DNA of 64,000 nucleotides from Acidobacteriota bacterium (GCA_963664705.1 OY761556.1:1152001-1216000); one strand, 5' to 3'; shown: positions 38,905 to 50,026, counted from the first letter of the stretch. The notes: generated by a model not told the origin, from the sequence alone. Numbers and translations: made by a program.

Positions 38905-40263
38905 ATGAGTGAAAAGACGTGGAAGGACTACAAGGAAAGAAAACCGTTTAAAACTTCTCCCTTGAAAGGCATCAAGGTTCTGGAAGTCTGCACAATGCTG
39001 CTGGGACCGATCGGCCCGGCTCTGCTTGCCCAGTTGGGAGCGGAAGTCATCCGGTGCGAAATTCCGCCCTTGGGCGATGCAACCCGTTCGTTGAACCCGT
39101 TCGGCTGGTTTCTGAAAGACACCAGCGCCCTGCTGCTGCACATCAATCAGAACAAATACTGGCTGGGACTGGATCTGCATAAGCAGGAGGCACGGAAGGT
39201 TTTTTGCGAACTGGCCGCAAAGTGCGACATCGTCGAAAACAACTTCCGGCCGGGAGTAATGGAAGACTGGGGGATCGGATACCGCGATATCGCGGAGATC
39301 AACCCGGGGATTATCTTTCTTTCAAAGAATGGATACGGGCAGTGGGGACAATATGCAAAGGAAAACCGGCCTTCCAACGACGGCGCTTCACAGGCGTTGA
39401 CAGGCTTCTCCTGGATGTCCCGGTCTCCCGGGCAGACACCGCTGAAGCAGCGTGCCTACGTTGGAGATAACTACGGAGGGATATGCGCGGAAATAGCGGT
39501 GCTGGCGGCGTTGCACCATCGCGATCGGACCGGCAAAGGGCAGTATATCGAGTTTTCCCAAACCGAAAACGTCATGCGAACCATGTCCTGGGTCTGGCCA
39601 TACCAGCAGTTCACCGGCGAATGCGCGCAGCCTTCGGGTAATCGTGATGTATCCATCTGTCCGGCCGACACGTTCCGTTGCATCGATGATACCTTCGTCG
39701 CAATCGCGGCTGCCGATCCAAGGGAGTTTGCCGGTCTGTGTGCCGCGATGGAGAAGCCGGGTTTGGCGACAGATCCGAGGTTCCAGGAACACACGGAACG
39801 GTTGAAGGAGGAAAATGCGGTAGAAATACTGCGGATTATCCGGGAATGGGTAAAGACTCTGAGAGCGGAAGAGGTGGAGGCACTGGCCGAAAAGCATGGC
39901 TTCGCGGCCACACACCTTTATAACGCCAGGGATATCGTTGAGAGTGAGCAGTTTCGGCAGCATGATTTCTGGTCTGAAATTGATGATCCGCTGTTGGGAA
40001 CCTATAACAATTATGAATTTCCGGTCAAAATGTCGGAATCGCCTCCGAAAACAAAATGGTCCGTCCGACCCGTCGGTTTTGATAATGAGTTTGTCATGAA
40101 GTGGATGCTGGGAAAGAGCGACGACCAGATTCAGCAGCTTTATCAGAGCGGCGCGCTGGGGAAGTGGGGAGAAGCGCTTGGGAGAACGCCGCCGCCGGAT
40201 TGGGACGGCAAGGCCGGGCTCATACTGAAGCGGGATGAACCAGAATCTGCAGAAGAGGAATAG
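38905..40263 (+). CDS. Family III (CaiB/BaiF) CoA-transferase, Asp-containing subunit
   Basis: PLKGIKVLE, LGAEVIRCE, DIVENNFRPG, GYGQWG, YVGDNYGG, RTGKGQYI. Confidence 0.9.
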   Translation: MSEKTWKDYKERKPFKTSPLKGIKVLEVCTMLLGPIGPALLAQLGAEVIRCEIPPLGDATRSLNPFGWFLKDTSALLLHINQNKYWLGLDLHKQEARKVFCELAAKCDIVENNFRPGVMEDWGIGYRDIAEINPGIIFLSKNGYGQWGQYAKENRPSNDGASQALTGFSWMSRSPGQTPLKQRAYVGDNYGGICAEIAVLAALHHRDRTGKGQYIEFSQTENVMRTMSWVWPYQQFTGECAQPSGNRDVSICPADTFRCIDDTFVAIAAADPREFAGLCAAMEKPGLATDPRFQEHTERLKEENAVEILRIIREWVKTLRAEEVEALAEKHGFAATHLYNARDIVESEQFRQHDFWSEIDDPLLGTYNNYEFPVKMSESPPKTKWSVRPVGFDNEFVMKWMLGKSDDQIQQLYQSGALGKWGEALGRTPPPDWDGKAGLILKRDEPESAEEE

Positions 40264-40267
40264 CGCT

Positions 40268-41617
40268 ATGGGTAGTAAGAAGCGTCAGGATTGGACGGAG
40301 TGGTCAAATTGGATTCGAGAAAGAGACGATCCGAAAATCGCGCACACCCGGCCCGAAGCACTGGACGACCTTCTTGTTCTCGACCTGAGCAACAAGAGCT
40401 TTGCCGGCTGTCACTGTTCTTCGGTACTCTCCGAATTTGGCGCTGAAGTTTTGCGTGTTGAACCGCCGGGGGGAGACTTTATTCGATCCTGTTCGCCGTA
40501 CGGCTTTATGTACAAGGGCGAGGGCCTGAATTATCTGACCGAAGGACGCAACAAATTTCACATCACACTGGATCTCACGAAACCCGATGCCAGGACAATA
40601 TTGAAAGGCCTTGCAAGCCAGGCCGATGTTCTGATTGAGACATATCAGCCGGGTGTGATGGATGCGTGGGGACTTGGCTATGAGGATCTGAAGGAAATCA
40701 ATCCGAGACTGATCTTTGCCTCGATCACGGCCTTCGGGCAATTTGGTCCCATGAGCAAGAATCGCACTCACGACTATGACAACATCGCCCAGGCACGGTC
40801 CGGGTTCCAGTACGATACGGGCGAAATGCTGCCCAAGGGAAAGACTTTCGATGAAATGCCTTGGGCCGTTCCCACTAAATCGGGCCCTTGGATTGCCTGG
40901 TTTCTATCGGGAAGTTTCATGTCAATGGGCATCCTGGCGGCACTGCATTACCGGGAAGTGACGGGAAAAGGGCAGGCACTTGATTGCGCAACCACCGAAG
41001 CCTACACGCGCATCGATGATTTTGTAGCGCTCTGGTATGAGCATGCCGGACAGATCAATGAGCGGTTCGGCAATCTGGATACCGCGCTGTGGCTCTACTG
41101 TTTTGCTCCCACCAGCGATGGGGCCGTCTTCCTTGGAGGCCTGCGCGTTGAAATGTGGAAGGCTTTCGTGGACATGCTTGGCAAATGGGACGAATGGGGG
41201 GCGGCGGAATGGACCAGCGTCGCGCCATTTACCCGAAAAGAAGAACAGCTCAAATGGTCCGCGCTTATTTTTGAAGAAACGCGCAAATATACCAGCGAAC
41301 AGCTTCTGAATATGTCCCTGGAGTATTCAAAGCATGGACGCCTGGCTCCGATTACATGCGTCGTCGCGCCAATCCTGTCTCCTGAAGATGCGATGAACGA
41401 TCCCAACTGGAAAGATCGGGGGATCTTTACGCCCGTATCCGATCCGCTCTATGGAGATATCATTGCCGCTCAGGCGCAGTACAAAATGACGGAGACCCCC
41501 ATGCGAACGAAGTGGGTGTGCCGCCCGGCAGGTTATGACAATGAATTCATCTACCTGAAGCACCTGGGGTACGGTCCCGCTAAATTGAAGTCGCTGAAAA
41601 GCCAGGGCGTCATCTAG
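40268..41617 (+). CDS. Family III CoA-transferase, second subunit (catalytic Asp apparently absent)
   Basis: ALDDLLVLDLS, GAEVLRVEPPGG, RNK, DVLIETYQPG, TAFGQFGP, PWIAWFLSG. Confidence 0.88.
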   Translation: MGSKKRQDWTEWSNWIRERDDPKIAHTRPEALDDLLVLDLSNKSFAGCHCSSVLSEFGAEVLRVEPPGGDFIRSCSPYGFMYKGEGLNYLTEGRNKFHITLDLTKPDARTILKGLASQADVLIETYQPGVMDAWGLGYEDLKEINPRLIFASITAFGQFGPMSKNRTHDYDNIAQARSGFQYDTGEMLPKGKTFDEMPWAVPTKSGPWIAWFLSGSFMSMGILAALHYREVTGKGQALDCATTEAYTRIDDFVALWYEHAGQINERFGNLDTALWLYCFAPTSDGAVFLGGLRVEMWKAFVDMLGKWDEWGAAEWTSVAPFTRKEEQLKWSALIFEETRKYTSEQLLNMSLEYSKHGRLAPITCVVAPILSPEDAMNDPNWKDRGIFTPVSDPLYGDIIAAQAQYKMTETPMRTKWVCRPAGYDNEFIYLKHLGYGPAKLKSLKSQGVI

Positions 41618-41623
41618 ACAATC

Positions 41624-41672
41624 GGGGGCGGACACTGAAAAGTGGAATTTCACTTTTTCGGTGTCCGCCCCC
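41624..41672. terminator. Long hairpin between convergent operons
   Basis: gggggcggacactgaaaagtg/cactttttcggtgtccgccccc. Confidence 0.75.
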
Positions 41673-41677
41673 TGTCT

Positions 41678-42289
41678 TTAGATTGTGGCTTGTCTGCCTG
41701 CCTGGAAGGCCTTGGCGTTGATGTCGTGGAGCCGGGCCGGAAGGAGATCCTGGATCGCCCCGATCCACTGTTCCGGAGCCAGTTCCGGGAAGAAATTTGA
41801 AAGAGAGCCAATCAAAACGACATTGGCGACCTGAAGATTTCCCAGCCCCTTGGCGATATTATTGCCGTCCACAATCCATACGTTATTCGCAAAATGCTGC
41901 CGGAATGTCTTTTCCACCTCTTTGGGATATTCCGCTTTTCCGAGGCTGACCGTTGGGGGCAGGATGGAAAAATTGTTCAGCAGTACGCGTCCCCCGGGTT
42001 TTACCCAGTTGATGTAGCGCAAGGCTTCGAGCAACTCGAATGAAACCAGGTAGTCGACCTCTCCCTGACGAATCAGCGGGGAGAAGACCTTGGGCCCGAA
42101 ACGAAAATGCGTAGTGACGTCGCCGCCGCGCTGAGCCATCCCGTGAACTTCCGCTTTTTTAACGTCATATCCCGCATTAAGCATGACTTGGCCGAGAATG
42201 TTGCTTGCGAGAATAGTCCCCTGTCCTCCGACACCTGAAAGAAACACATTCCTGGTCGTACCGTTTCCCGACATAGCCCGTCTCCTCAT
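41678..42289 (-). CDS. iorB: Indolepyruvate:ferredoxin oxidoreductase beta subunit
   Basis: GVGGQGTILAS, EVHGMAQRGG, SPLI, FELLEALRY; overlaps the iorA stop. Confidence 0.93.
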   Translation of the reverse strand: MRRRAMSGNGTTRNVFLSGVGGQGTILASNILGQVMLNAGYDVKKAEVHGMAQRGGDVTTHFRFGPKVFSPLIRQGEVDYLVSFELLEALRYINWVKPGGRVLLNNFSILPPTVSLGKAEYPKEVEKTFRQHFANNVWIVDGNNIAKGLGNLQVANVVLIGSLSNFFPELAPEQWIGAIQDLLPARLHDINAKAFQAGRQATI

Positions 42290-44106
42290 TCCGCTTGCGG
42301 CACAATGCTGTCAAACTCACAAACCTGAACGCAAATTGCGCAGCCGACGCATTGATCCTGATTGATGTGGGACATACCCTTTCTCTTTTTCCCGGCTTTC
42401 GTTTGTCCGGCTTCCGGTACCCAGCTGATTGCCGGGCAATTGATATCGAGGCAAAGCCGGCATCCCATGCAATTGTCCTCATCGATCCGGTAGGAGGGCT
42501 GGGCAAATCTCTCACGCGGCTTGGCACGGCGCAGGAGCATGCAGGGGCTATTGACCGTGATGATGACGGATGCCTCATCCCGATTTATCTCCTGCTGGAT
42601 GACATTGGTCGTTTCCTTAATGTTGTAAGGATCGACCAGGCGAACGTGCTTGACGCCGACTGCTTTGGCCAGTTGTGCGTAGTCAACGGTTGACGCCGGG
42701 TCTCCATCGATCGTGAACCCGGTGCCGGGGTGTTCCTGTTGTCCCGTCATTGCGGTAATGCGGTTGTCCAGGATTATTGTTGTGGAATAGCCGCCGTTAT
42801 AGACGGCATCCATCAGCGGGGTCACTCCGCTGTGCAGGAAAGTAGAATCGCCAAGCACTGCGCAGATTTTGCCGAGCCCATCCTGCTTCAAAACTTTACC
42901 TGCACCGAATGCACCTCCGACACCGGCTCCCATACAGGTGGAAAAATGCATTGCCGAAAGCGGGGGAGAAACGGCCAGACCGTAACACCCGATATCTCCA
43001 AATACGAAAACGCCGAGTTTTTTCAGGGCATAAAACAAGGGCCGATGCGAACATCCCGCGCAAAGATTGGGCGGCCGCTTGGGAAGATCTTCGGTTTCAA
43101 CCAACGTGGCGGGATTCGAGTATTCCTTTTCGGTCACAAGCTTTGAAAGCGCTCGTTCAATTACGGTTGGCGTGAGTTCGCCAATGGCGGGGATGAGATC
43201 CTTGCCGTGGTGTACCGTGATCCCCATTGCCTTAATCTCAGTTTCAAGGAATGGGTCGAGTTCTTCCACGATCACCACTTTTTTCACTTTTGAACAGAAT
43301 TCGGAAATCAGTTTCCTGGGAAGCGGCCAGGCCATTCCAAGTTTCAGAAATGAAAACTGAGGGAACAGATCCCGCGTGTAGAGGTAGGTAATGCCGGACG
43401 AAATAAATCCTATGGAAGGATCATTGATTTCCATTTTATTAAAAGGAAATTCCTGTTCCGCGTATTCAGCCAGCTTCCCGATTCTCTCTTCAACCAGGAC
43501 GCGGCGAACTCTGGCATAAATGGGAACCATGACCTGCTTCGGGGCATCTTTGCGGCTCAGCCCTTTGGGTATGGACGATTCCTTTCTTTCCCCAAGTTCA
43601 ACCGGCGAGTCGCAGTGCGAAACGCGTGTTTCGCTGCGGAGGAGAACCGGAGTGTCGAATTTTTCACTCATTTCGAATGCGAGTCGCGTGAAGTCACTGC
43701 ATTCCTGCGAGTCTGCCGGCTCCAGCATGGGGACTTTGCCGAAACGGGTCCAGTGGCGGCTGTCCTGCTCATTCTGCGAACTGTGCTGGCCCGGGTCGTC
43801 CGCAACAACGACAACCATCCCGCCCTTGACGCCCGTATAGGATATTGTCATGAACGGGTCGGCGGCGACATTCAAGCCAACATGTTTCATGCATACAAGC
43901 GTACGGCCTCCTGCAATGGAGGCTCCATGGCCGACTTCCATTGCGACTTTTTCGTTTGGAGACCATTCCGTATAGACTTCCGGATACTTGGAAAGCTCTG
44001 CCATGATTTCGCTACTCGGGGTTCCCGGGTAGGCGCATCCCACGATGGCTCCGGCTTCCCATGCCCCTCGGGCAATCGCTTCATTCCCCTGCAAGATTTT
44101 CTTCAT
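42286..44106 (-). CDS. iorA: Indolepyruvate:ferredoxin oxidoreductase alpha subunit
   Basis: GNEAIARG, YPGTPSSE, MKHVGLNVAAD, SSQNEQD, CAGCSH, GDIGCY, GDSTF, TAMTGQQ; C-terminal 2x[4Fe-4S]. Confidence 0.96.
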   Translation of the reverse strand: MKKILQGNEAIARGAWEAGAIVGCAYPGTPSSEIMAELSKYPEVYTEWSPNEKVAMEVGHGASIAGGRTLVCMKHVGLNVAADPFMTISYTGVKGGMVVVVADDPGQHSSQNEQDSRHWTRFGKVPMLEPADSQECSDFTRLAFEMSEKFDTPVLLRSETRVSHCDSPVELGERKESSIPKGLSRKDAPKQVMVPIYARVRRVLVEERIGKLAEYAEQEFPFNKMEINDPSIGFISSGITYLYTRDLFPQFSFLKLGMAWPLPRKLISEFCSKVKKVVIVEELDPFLETEIKAMGITVHHGKDLIPAIGELTPTVIERALSKLVTEKEYSNPATLVETEDLPKRPPNLCAGCSHRPLFYALKKLGVFVFGDIGCYGLAVSPPLSAMHFSTCMGAGVGGAFGAGKVLKQDGLGKICAVLGDSTFLHSGVTPLMDAVYNGGYSTTIILDNRITAMTGQQEHPGTGFTIDGDPASTVDYAQLAKAVGVKHVRLVDPYNIKETTNVIQQEINRDEASVIITVNSPCMLLRRAKPRERFAQPSYRIDEDNCMGCRLCLDINCPAISWVPEAGQTKAGKKRKGMSHINQDQCVGCAICVQVCEFDSIVPQAE

Positions 44107-44364
44107 GCATCCTCCTGCCGCTGGTTCGTATGTACCGATCTTAACATAGATTTAGCCCGAGACTTCGGGCCTTTGAGATTTTGGCGTAATCATCAAAGCC
44201 CCGGGACTCAAAGAGATTGCACTGGCATGTGGGTTATGACACACTGCGCATTTAAAAATTCCGACTATCCAGTGTGAACGCAACGTGGGGTTCGTGTGCA
44301 ATGCTACGAGATCTCAGCGCCGGATTCAGCTGCGGCGCATCAGGTATAGAAAGGTTGATTTTCG

Positions 44365-45417
44365 ATGAATACCGTAGTGTTCGGTAAGCTCCCAGATGGC
44401 CATGAAATTCACAAATATGCGTTGGCATCCAAGTCAGGAATGTCGGCCGAAATCATCGACTATGGGGCTGCCATTGTGTCTTTAAATATTCCGGATCGAA
44501 CCGGGAAATTGGAAGACATTGTCCTGGGGTACGACAGCGTGCCAGGTTATGTGGAAGGATCTGCCTACCTTGGAGTGGTCGTGGGACGCTACGGGAATCG
44601 TATAGACAAGGGACGCTTTCAACTGGATGGCAGGGAATATCAGCTGACCATCAATGACGGCGTCAACCACCTTCATGGCGGGAAAGCAGGATTCAGCAAG
44701 GCTTTGTGGGAGGCGAAATCGGTCGGAACCTCGGATGAACCAGGGCTGGAGCTGCAATACATCAGTCCTGACGGGGAGGAGGGATATCCCGGGACTGTAG
44801 TCCTGAAGGTCCGCTATACATTGACTGTCAATCGCGAGTTGCGCGTTGAGTATGAAGGAACCAGCGATCGCCCGACAATTTTGAATCCGACGCAGCATTC
44901 ATATTTTAATCTTTCGGGAAAGCCATCAACGTCAATTCTGGATCATCAGCTCATGATTGAGGCGGATGGGACCACGCCTGTGGATAGCGGGCTTATTCCC
45001 ACAGGACAAATCGCCAGTGTTGCCGGCACTCCCTTTGATTTTCGCGCTTCCTATGTCATCGGTGCCCGGATCAATGATGCGGACGAACAGTTGGCTTTGG
45101 GCAAAGGATACGACCATAACTGGGTCTTGAGAGCCGGCGGAGGCACGCTTGCCAAGGCTGCGGAAGTCTATGACCCGTCGTCCGGCCGATTGATGACCGT
45201 GTCAACCGATCAGCCCGGACTCCAGTTCTATTCCGGAAATTTTCTTGACGGTTCCGCCATAGGGAAGAAGGGGATTGCCTATAAACGCAGATCCGGTCTT
45301 TGCCTGGAAGCGCAAGCCTTTCCGGATACGCCGAATAAACCGCAGTTTCCTGGCGCTACGCTAAGGCCGGGGCAGACATATCATCAGACCACTATTTATC
45401 AGTTTTCGATCAGATAG
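44365..45417 (+). CDS. galM: Aldose 1-epimerase
   Basis: GRYGNRI, NHLHGG, EEGYPG, HSYFNL, GYDHN, QFYSGN, CLE. Confidence 0.93.
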   Translation: MNTVVFGKLPDGHEIHKYALASKSGMSAEIIDYGAAIVSLNIPDRTGKLEDIVLGYDSVPGYVEGSAYLGVVVGRYGNRIDKGRFQLDGREYQLTINDGVNHLHGGKAGFSKALWEAKSVGTSDEPGLELQYISPDGEEGYPGTVVLKVRYTLTVNRELRVEYEGTSDRPTILNPTQHSYFNLSGKPSTSILDHQLMIEADGTTPVDSGLIPTGQIASVAGTPFDFRASYVIGARINDADEQLALGKGYDHNWVLRAGGGTLAKAAEVYDPSSGRLMTVSTDQPGLQFYSGNFLDGSAIGKKGIAYKRRSGLCLEAQAFPDTPNKPQFPGATLRPGQTYHQTTIYQFSIR

Positions 45418-45436
45418 CGCCAAAGGAGACCCGTTC

Positions 45437-47191
45437 ATGAGTGTTCTGAATTCTCTTGATTGGATAGTCATCATTGCCTACTTCGGCCTGATTGCCGGAA
45501 TCTGCGTTTGGGTTGCGAAGAAGCAGAAGAAAACGTCCGAGAGTTATTTTCTCGCAGGAAGAGAACTGGGCTGGTTTGTTATCGGTGCCTCCATATTTGC
45601 CTCAAACATTGGATCGGAGCATCTGGTGGGATTGGCTGGTTCCGGGGCAACGGACGGAGTGGCCATGGCGCACTATGAGCTCCATGCCTGGTGTTTATTG
45701 GTACTGGCATGGATTATGGTTCCGTTTTATATGCGCTCCAAAGTGTTTACCATGCCGGAATTTCTTGAAAAAAGGTTTTCGCCGGCGGCCCGTACTGTCC
45801 TATCCGTCATATCCCTTGTGGCCTATATCCTGACCAAAATTGCGGTGGGTATCTTCGCCGGCGGCGTCGTGTTTGCCGTGCTGCTGCCGGAAATGAACCT
45901 CTGGGGATTGGATAGCTTCTGGATTGGATCGCTCTTGGTCGTCATGATCACGGGTTTATATACCATTGTTGGTGGCATGAGCGCCGTAGCCTATACGGAA
46001 GCCATGCAGACAATTGTTTTTATTATCGGATCGGGGCTGGTGACTGTTTTTGGATTGGAGGCGATTGGCGGATGGGCGGGGCTTAGAGCTGTTGTGCCTT
46101 CGGAGATGTTCAATTTGTGGAAGCCGATGGTGCCGGCGGGGCTTCATGGGACATGGGCCCCGGTCCGGGATGCGCACCAGATGGCCTGGTATTTTAACAA
46201 TAACTATCCATGGCTCGGGATGCTTGTATGTGCTCCCGTGATCGGTCTGTGGTATTGGTGTACCGATCAGTATATTGTGCAACGGACATTGGGTGCGCCA
46301 AATGAAACCGAGGCGAGGCGCGGATCGATCGCGGCCGGTTTTTTCAAACTCCTCCCAGTTTTTATTTTCATCATTCCAGGGATCATTTGCTACGGTCTCG
46401 CTGTGTCCGGTAAAGTGCCTGTTTTTCAAAAACTGCTGGTTGGGCCCGATGGAAATATTATCCGGGATAACGCGCAGCAGGCATTTCCGCTGATGGTGGC
46501 GCACATACTCCCAATGGGCGTGCGCGGACTTGTTGTTGCCGGTCTGTTGGCGGCCCTGATGAGCTCCCTGGCGGGCGCATTCAATGCCTGTGCCACATTG
46601 TTTACCATTGATTTCTATGGCAGGCTGCGCCGAAACGTATCGCAGGAGCGGTTGGTTTGGGTCGGACGTGTTGCCACCGGCGTCATGGTTCTGATCGCAA
46701 TTTGCTGGATTCCCGTGATTCGAGGTGGCCGCGGCCTCTACGATTACCTGCAGGGCGTGCAATCGTACCTGGCTCCGCCCATCTTTGTGGTCTTCTTCCT
46801 GGGCGTTTTCAACAAGCGTCTGAATGCAAAGGGTTGCCTCTGGGCTTTGATTACGGGCTTTGGCCTCGGTATCTTCCGGCTTGCGATCGATACTCCGGTT
46901 AAAATGATTCAGGGATTCCAATATCCGGAAGGATCGTTCCTATGGATCGTGAATAACATATTTTTTCAGTATTACAGCATGATCATCCTTGTTGTTTCCG
47001 CCGTTGTCATGGTTGTTGTCAGTCACATGAGCGCGGAGCCGGATTATGCAAAGATCAGTGGCCTGACCTACGGAACGCGCACCCGGGAGGATAAGGCGAT
47101 TTCCCGTGCGAGTTGGAAACCAATCGATGTTGTGCTGTCGATTGTAGTGATCGGCCTTATTCTGGCCGCCTATCTATATTTTGCCGGCTAG
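45437..47191 (+). CDS. Sodium:solute symporter (SGLT-like sugar transporter)
   Basis: YFLAGR, ASNIGSEHLVGLAG, TMPEFL, WYWCTDQYIVQR, LAALMSSL. Confidence 0.93.
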   Translation: MSVLNSLDWIVIIAYFGLIAGICVWVAKKQKKTSESYFLAGRELGWFVIGASIFASNIGSEHLVGLAGSGATDGVAMAHYELHAWCLLVLAWIMVPFYMRSKVFTMPEFLEKRFSPAARTVLSVISLVAYILTKIAVGIFAGGVVFAVLLPEMNLWGLDSFWIGSLLVVMITGLYTIVGGMSAVAYTEAMQTIVFIIGSGLVTVFGLEAIGGWAGLRAVVPSEMFNLWKPMVPAGLHGTWAPVRDAHQMAWYFNNNYPWLGMLVCAPVIGLWYWCTDQYIVQRTLGAPNETEARRGSIAAGFFKLLPVFIFIIPGIICYGLAVSGKVPVFQKLLVGPDGNIIRDNAQQAFPLMVAHILPMGVRGLVVAGLLAALMSSLAGAFNACATLFTIDFYGRLRRNVSQERLVWVGRVATGVMVLIAICWIPVIRGGRGLYDYLQGVQSYLAPPIFVVFFLGVFNKRLNAKGCLWALITGFGLGIFRLAIDTPVKMIQGFQYPEGSFLWIVNNIFFQYYSMIILVVSAVVMVVVSHMSAEPDYAKISGLTYGTRTREDKAISRASWKPIDVVLSIVVIGLILAAYLYFAG

Positions 47192-47252
47192 GGGAATCTG
47201 CACGGCAATTGAAGTACCATAGTTATTCTTTACCTTTTGAGAGTGTCGCAAA

Positions 47253-47834
47253 ATGCTTAATCGCAGCATAGATGTGCCTGGCCATATCAAGGGCCTGATT
47301 TTTGATTGTGATGGAACGCTTGTGGATTCGATGCCGCTGCATATGCGCGCCTGGGAATATGTCATCACCTCTCAGGGCGGAGAGTGGGATTACAACTATT
47401 TCTTTTCGAAAAAGGGCATGCCGGAAGAGGCTATTGTCATCGAATACAATCAGGATTACGGGACTGCGCTGGATGCCGTCAGCACTGTCAGAATTAAACA
47501 TGAGTATTTTTATTCCCGCCTGGACGAACTTCAGCCAATTCCATACGTGGTTGATATCGCGCGGAAATATTTTGGTGTGCTTCCAATGGCTGTGGCTTCG
47601 GGCGGGACCAGGAGAACTGTCGAACTCGAACTGGAGACCCTTCACATCAAACAGTTTTTCCCTGTCATCCTGACGGCCGACGATGCAATAAAGCCAAAGC
47701 CGGCTCCAGACATTTTCCTGGAAGCGGCAAGACGGATGAATATCGCGCCGCAATGCTGCCAGGTTTTCGAAGATGGAGATCTGGGTCTGGAGGCCGCTCG
47801 TCTGGCCGGGATGCTGCCTACGGATGTCCGATAG
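47253..47834 (+). CDS. HAD-family phosphatase (YqaB/beta-PGM-like)
   Basis: FDCDGTLVDS, KPAPDIF, FEDGDLG. Confidence 0.9.
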   Translation: MLNRSIDVPGHIKGLIFDCDGTLVDSMPLHMRAWEYVITSQGGEWDYNYFFSKKGMPEEAIVIEYNQDYGTALDAVSTVRIKHEYFYSRLDELQPIPYVVDIARKYFGVLPMAVASGGTRRTVELELETLHIKQFFPVILTADDAIKPKPAPDIFLEAARRMNIAPQCCQVFEDGDLGLEAARLAGMLPTDVR

Positions 47835-47862
47835 GCTGAGCGCCGTAGGAGGCTTTTCAGAA

Positions 47863-49374
47863 TCAGGCCGACAAAGCGGCTCCGGATCGGGCAATTCTTG
47901 ACGGCAGGCGCAGTTCAAACGTGCTGCCCTTGCCCGTGCTGCTTTCGACGGTAACATCGCCGCCCATCAGGTTCGCGAATCGCTTGGTAATCGCCAGTCC
48001 CAATCCTGTTCCGCCATACTTCCTCGTGGTAGATCCGTCCGCCTGGGAAAAGATCTGGAAGAGTTTTTTCTGATCCTCTTCCGATATCCCAATTCCGGTA
48101 TCTTTGACGCGGATATGAACCCAGTCGGCGCCTTTATTATCGGCTTTGGAAACTGCAAGCGTGACTGTGCCGTTTTGAGTGAATTTGGCACTGTTGCCGA
48201 GAAGATTCAGGAGTATCTGTCGGAATTTAACGGGATCACTGGTCATGGCGCCGGGAATTCCCGTGCATTCGAGAATCAACTGATTGCCGTTCTTTTGAAC
48301 CTGGTTCCGCACCGTGTTGAGAACATCCTCAATCATCTTTTGAATATCAAACGTCTCAATATGAAGCTCCATTTTGCCCGCTTCAATTTTTGAGATATCC
48401 AGAATATCGTTGACCAGCGACAAAAGGTGGTTGGCCGCCGTGTGAATTTTATCCAGGTCTGCCAGGTTTGCCTGCTCCGGTGCTTCTTCAATTTCTTCTC
48501 TCAGGAGTTCACTGTAGCCAATAATTGCATTCAGAGGGGTCCGAAACTCGTGGCTCATTTTGGCAAGAAATTCGCTTTTTGCCTTGTTGGCCTGCTCGGC
48601 TTTTACAATGGCGGCGCTCAGCTTTTCATTGATGGCGGACAGTTCGATGCCGTGTTGCTGAAGGGCATTATCCCGGATGCTTATCTGCCCAATCATTTCA
48701 TTGAAACCGTCGATCAAATCGCCGACCTCGTCCTGATCGGTTTTGACTGCTCTTATAGAGTAGTTCTTGTGCTGCGAAATCGATTTGACGGTCTGGGCGA
48801 GATTGAGGATCGGTTTGGATATGACTGCCTGGAGCCGCGATGAAATAAGGTAGGTAAAGAGCAGGGCAAAGGCGGCAATTGCCGACATGATCAGGACAAT
48901 TTTTGCAAAAAGAGATTCAAGCGAATTGAGTCCCATCAGAATGGCTATATTCCCGATGCGCTCATTGTCCATGTAAATGTCCCTGGAGATATACAGGTAT
49001 CCGCTTCCAAAACGGGACTCCTCTCCTCTGTGGGAACTCGGCACAGGCAATGGACTGGACCCGCCGCGCTGGTATTGTGCCAGGATCTTGCCGTTTTGCT
49101 GATAGACCGATGCTTCCAGTACGCGATCATCGGAGGCGAGGGCATCGATGATTTCCTTTGCTGATTTACTGTCGTGAAAAAGCAGTGCAGCGGTGCAGTT
49201 GTTGCCGATGGCTGAAGCCAGTCCCGTGGCATCCAGCATGGCCGAATGGCGCAAGGAATGCCAGGCAAGCCATAAAAAGGAGACGGAAGAAAGAATGACG
49301 GCTAATGCCGTGGAAACCAGGACAATGGCCTTGATCTTCGTTTTTATTGAAAATTTCCGGAGAATTTTTGCCAC
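47863..49374 (-). CDS. Membrane sensor histidine kinase (YfiN-like periplasmic domain, HAMP, HisKA, HATPase)
   Basis: 2 [11 protein letters not shown] periplasmic motif, [36 protein letters not shown]. Confidence 0.93.
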   Translation of the reverse strand: MAKILRKFSIKTKIKAIVLVSTALAVILSSVSFLWLAWHSLRHSAMLDATGLASAIGNNCTAALLFHDSKSAKEIIDALASDDRVLEASVYQQNGKILAQYQRGGSSPLPVPSSHRGEESRFGSGYLYISRDIYMDNERIGNIAILMGLNSLESLFAKIVLIMSAIAAFALLFTYLISSRLQAVISKPILNLAQTVKSISQHKNYSIRAVKTDQDEVGDLIDGFNEMIGQISIRDNALQQHGIELSAINEKLSAAIVKAEQANKAKSEFLAKMSHEFRTPLNAIIGYSELLREEIEEAPEQANLADLDKIHTAANHLLSLVNDILDISKIEAGKMELHIETFDIQKMIEDVLNTVRNQVQKNGNQLILECTGIPGAMTSDPVKFRQILLNLLGNSAKFTQNGTVTLAVSKADNKGADWVHIRVKDTGIGISEEDQKKLFQIFSQADGSTTRKYGGTGLGLAITKRFANLMGGDVTVESSTGKGSTFELRLPSRIARSGAALSA

Positions 49375-49376
49375 AA

Positions 49377-49997
49377 TTATTCTCCCTTGCCTGCCCGCGC
49401 TGCCAGGGCGCCTCGAGAGAGGCGCAACAGTTTTGAGCTGAACTGCAAAGAGGATTTCTCTGCGCGTTCCGAGTCAATCTCGAATTGCAGTTTGTCCCCT
49501 TCAATGAAAATATTAATCATCCCCTTTGCGGGTGACCCGGAATCCGTTTCCGTTACGGTGATCACCGGACTGCCCCGAAGCTCTTCGAGTATCTTTTGAG
49601 ACTTTTTCAGTTCCGAGGCGCTGACAAAAAGCAATTGGCAGTTGCGAAAGTCGGCCGGTTTTTTAATCAGGTTGATGCGAATAGGATGGTCCTGGATTGT
49701 CTTGTTCTTCACAACCGTTCCGAGCAGCGTTCCAAATTCATCGTCGCCGGCAATGCCAATGATTATTGGGGCGCCAGAGGAGGAGAACGTTCCCTCCGGC
49801 CAATCCACAAACTTCACAAAATTGTAGATGTAGGCTGCCTTGACTTCGTTTTCCATCGTTGCTCTGTCCACGGCACCGATAGCTTGCACAGACAGGCAGC
49901 CCAAAAGCAAAGCCAGGGCAGCGCCAATGGTGCGGCACTTCCCGGGTCTATTCCTTTTGATCATTGATGGTGCGTTATGTGCCATGCTATGCATCAA
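49377..49997 (-). CDS. YfiR/HmsC (DUF4154) family periplasmic protein
   Basis: [35 protein letters not shown]. Confidence 0.9.
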   Translation of the reverse strand: MMHSMAHNAPSMIKRNRPGKCRTIGAALALLLGCLSVQAIGAVDRATMENEVKAAYIYNFVKFVDWPEGTFSSSGAPIIIGIAGDDEFGTLLGTVVKNKTIQDHPIRINLIKKPADFRNCQLLFVSASELKKSQKILEELRGSPVITVTETDSGSPAKGMINIFIEGDKLQFEIDSERAEKSSLQFSSKLLRLSRGALAARAGKGE

Positions 49998-50026
49998 TCC
50001 GCATTCGAAATATCCGATTCAAACGC

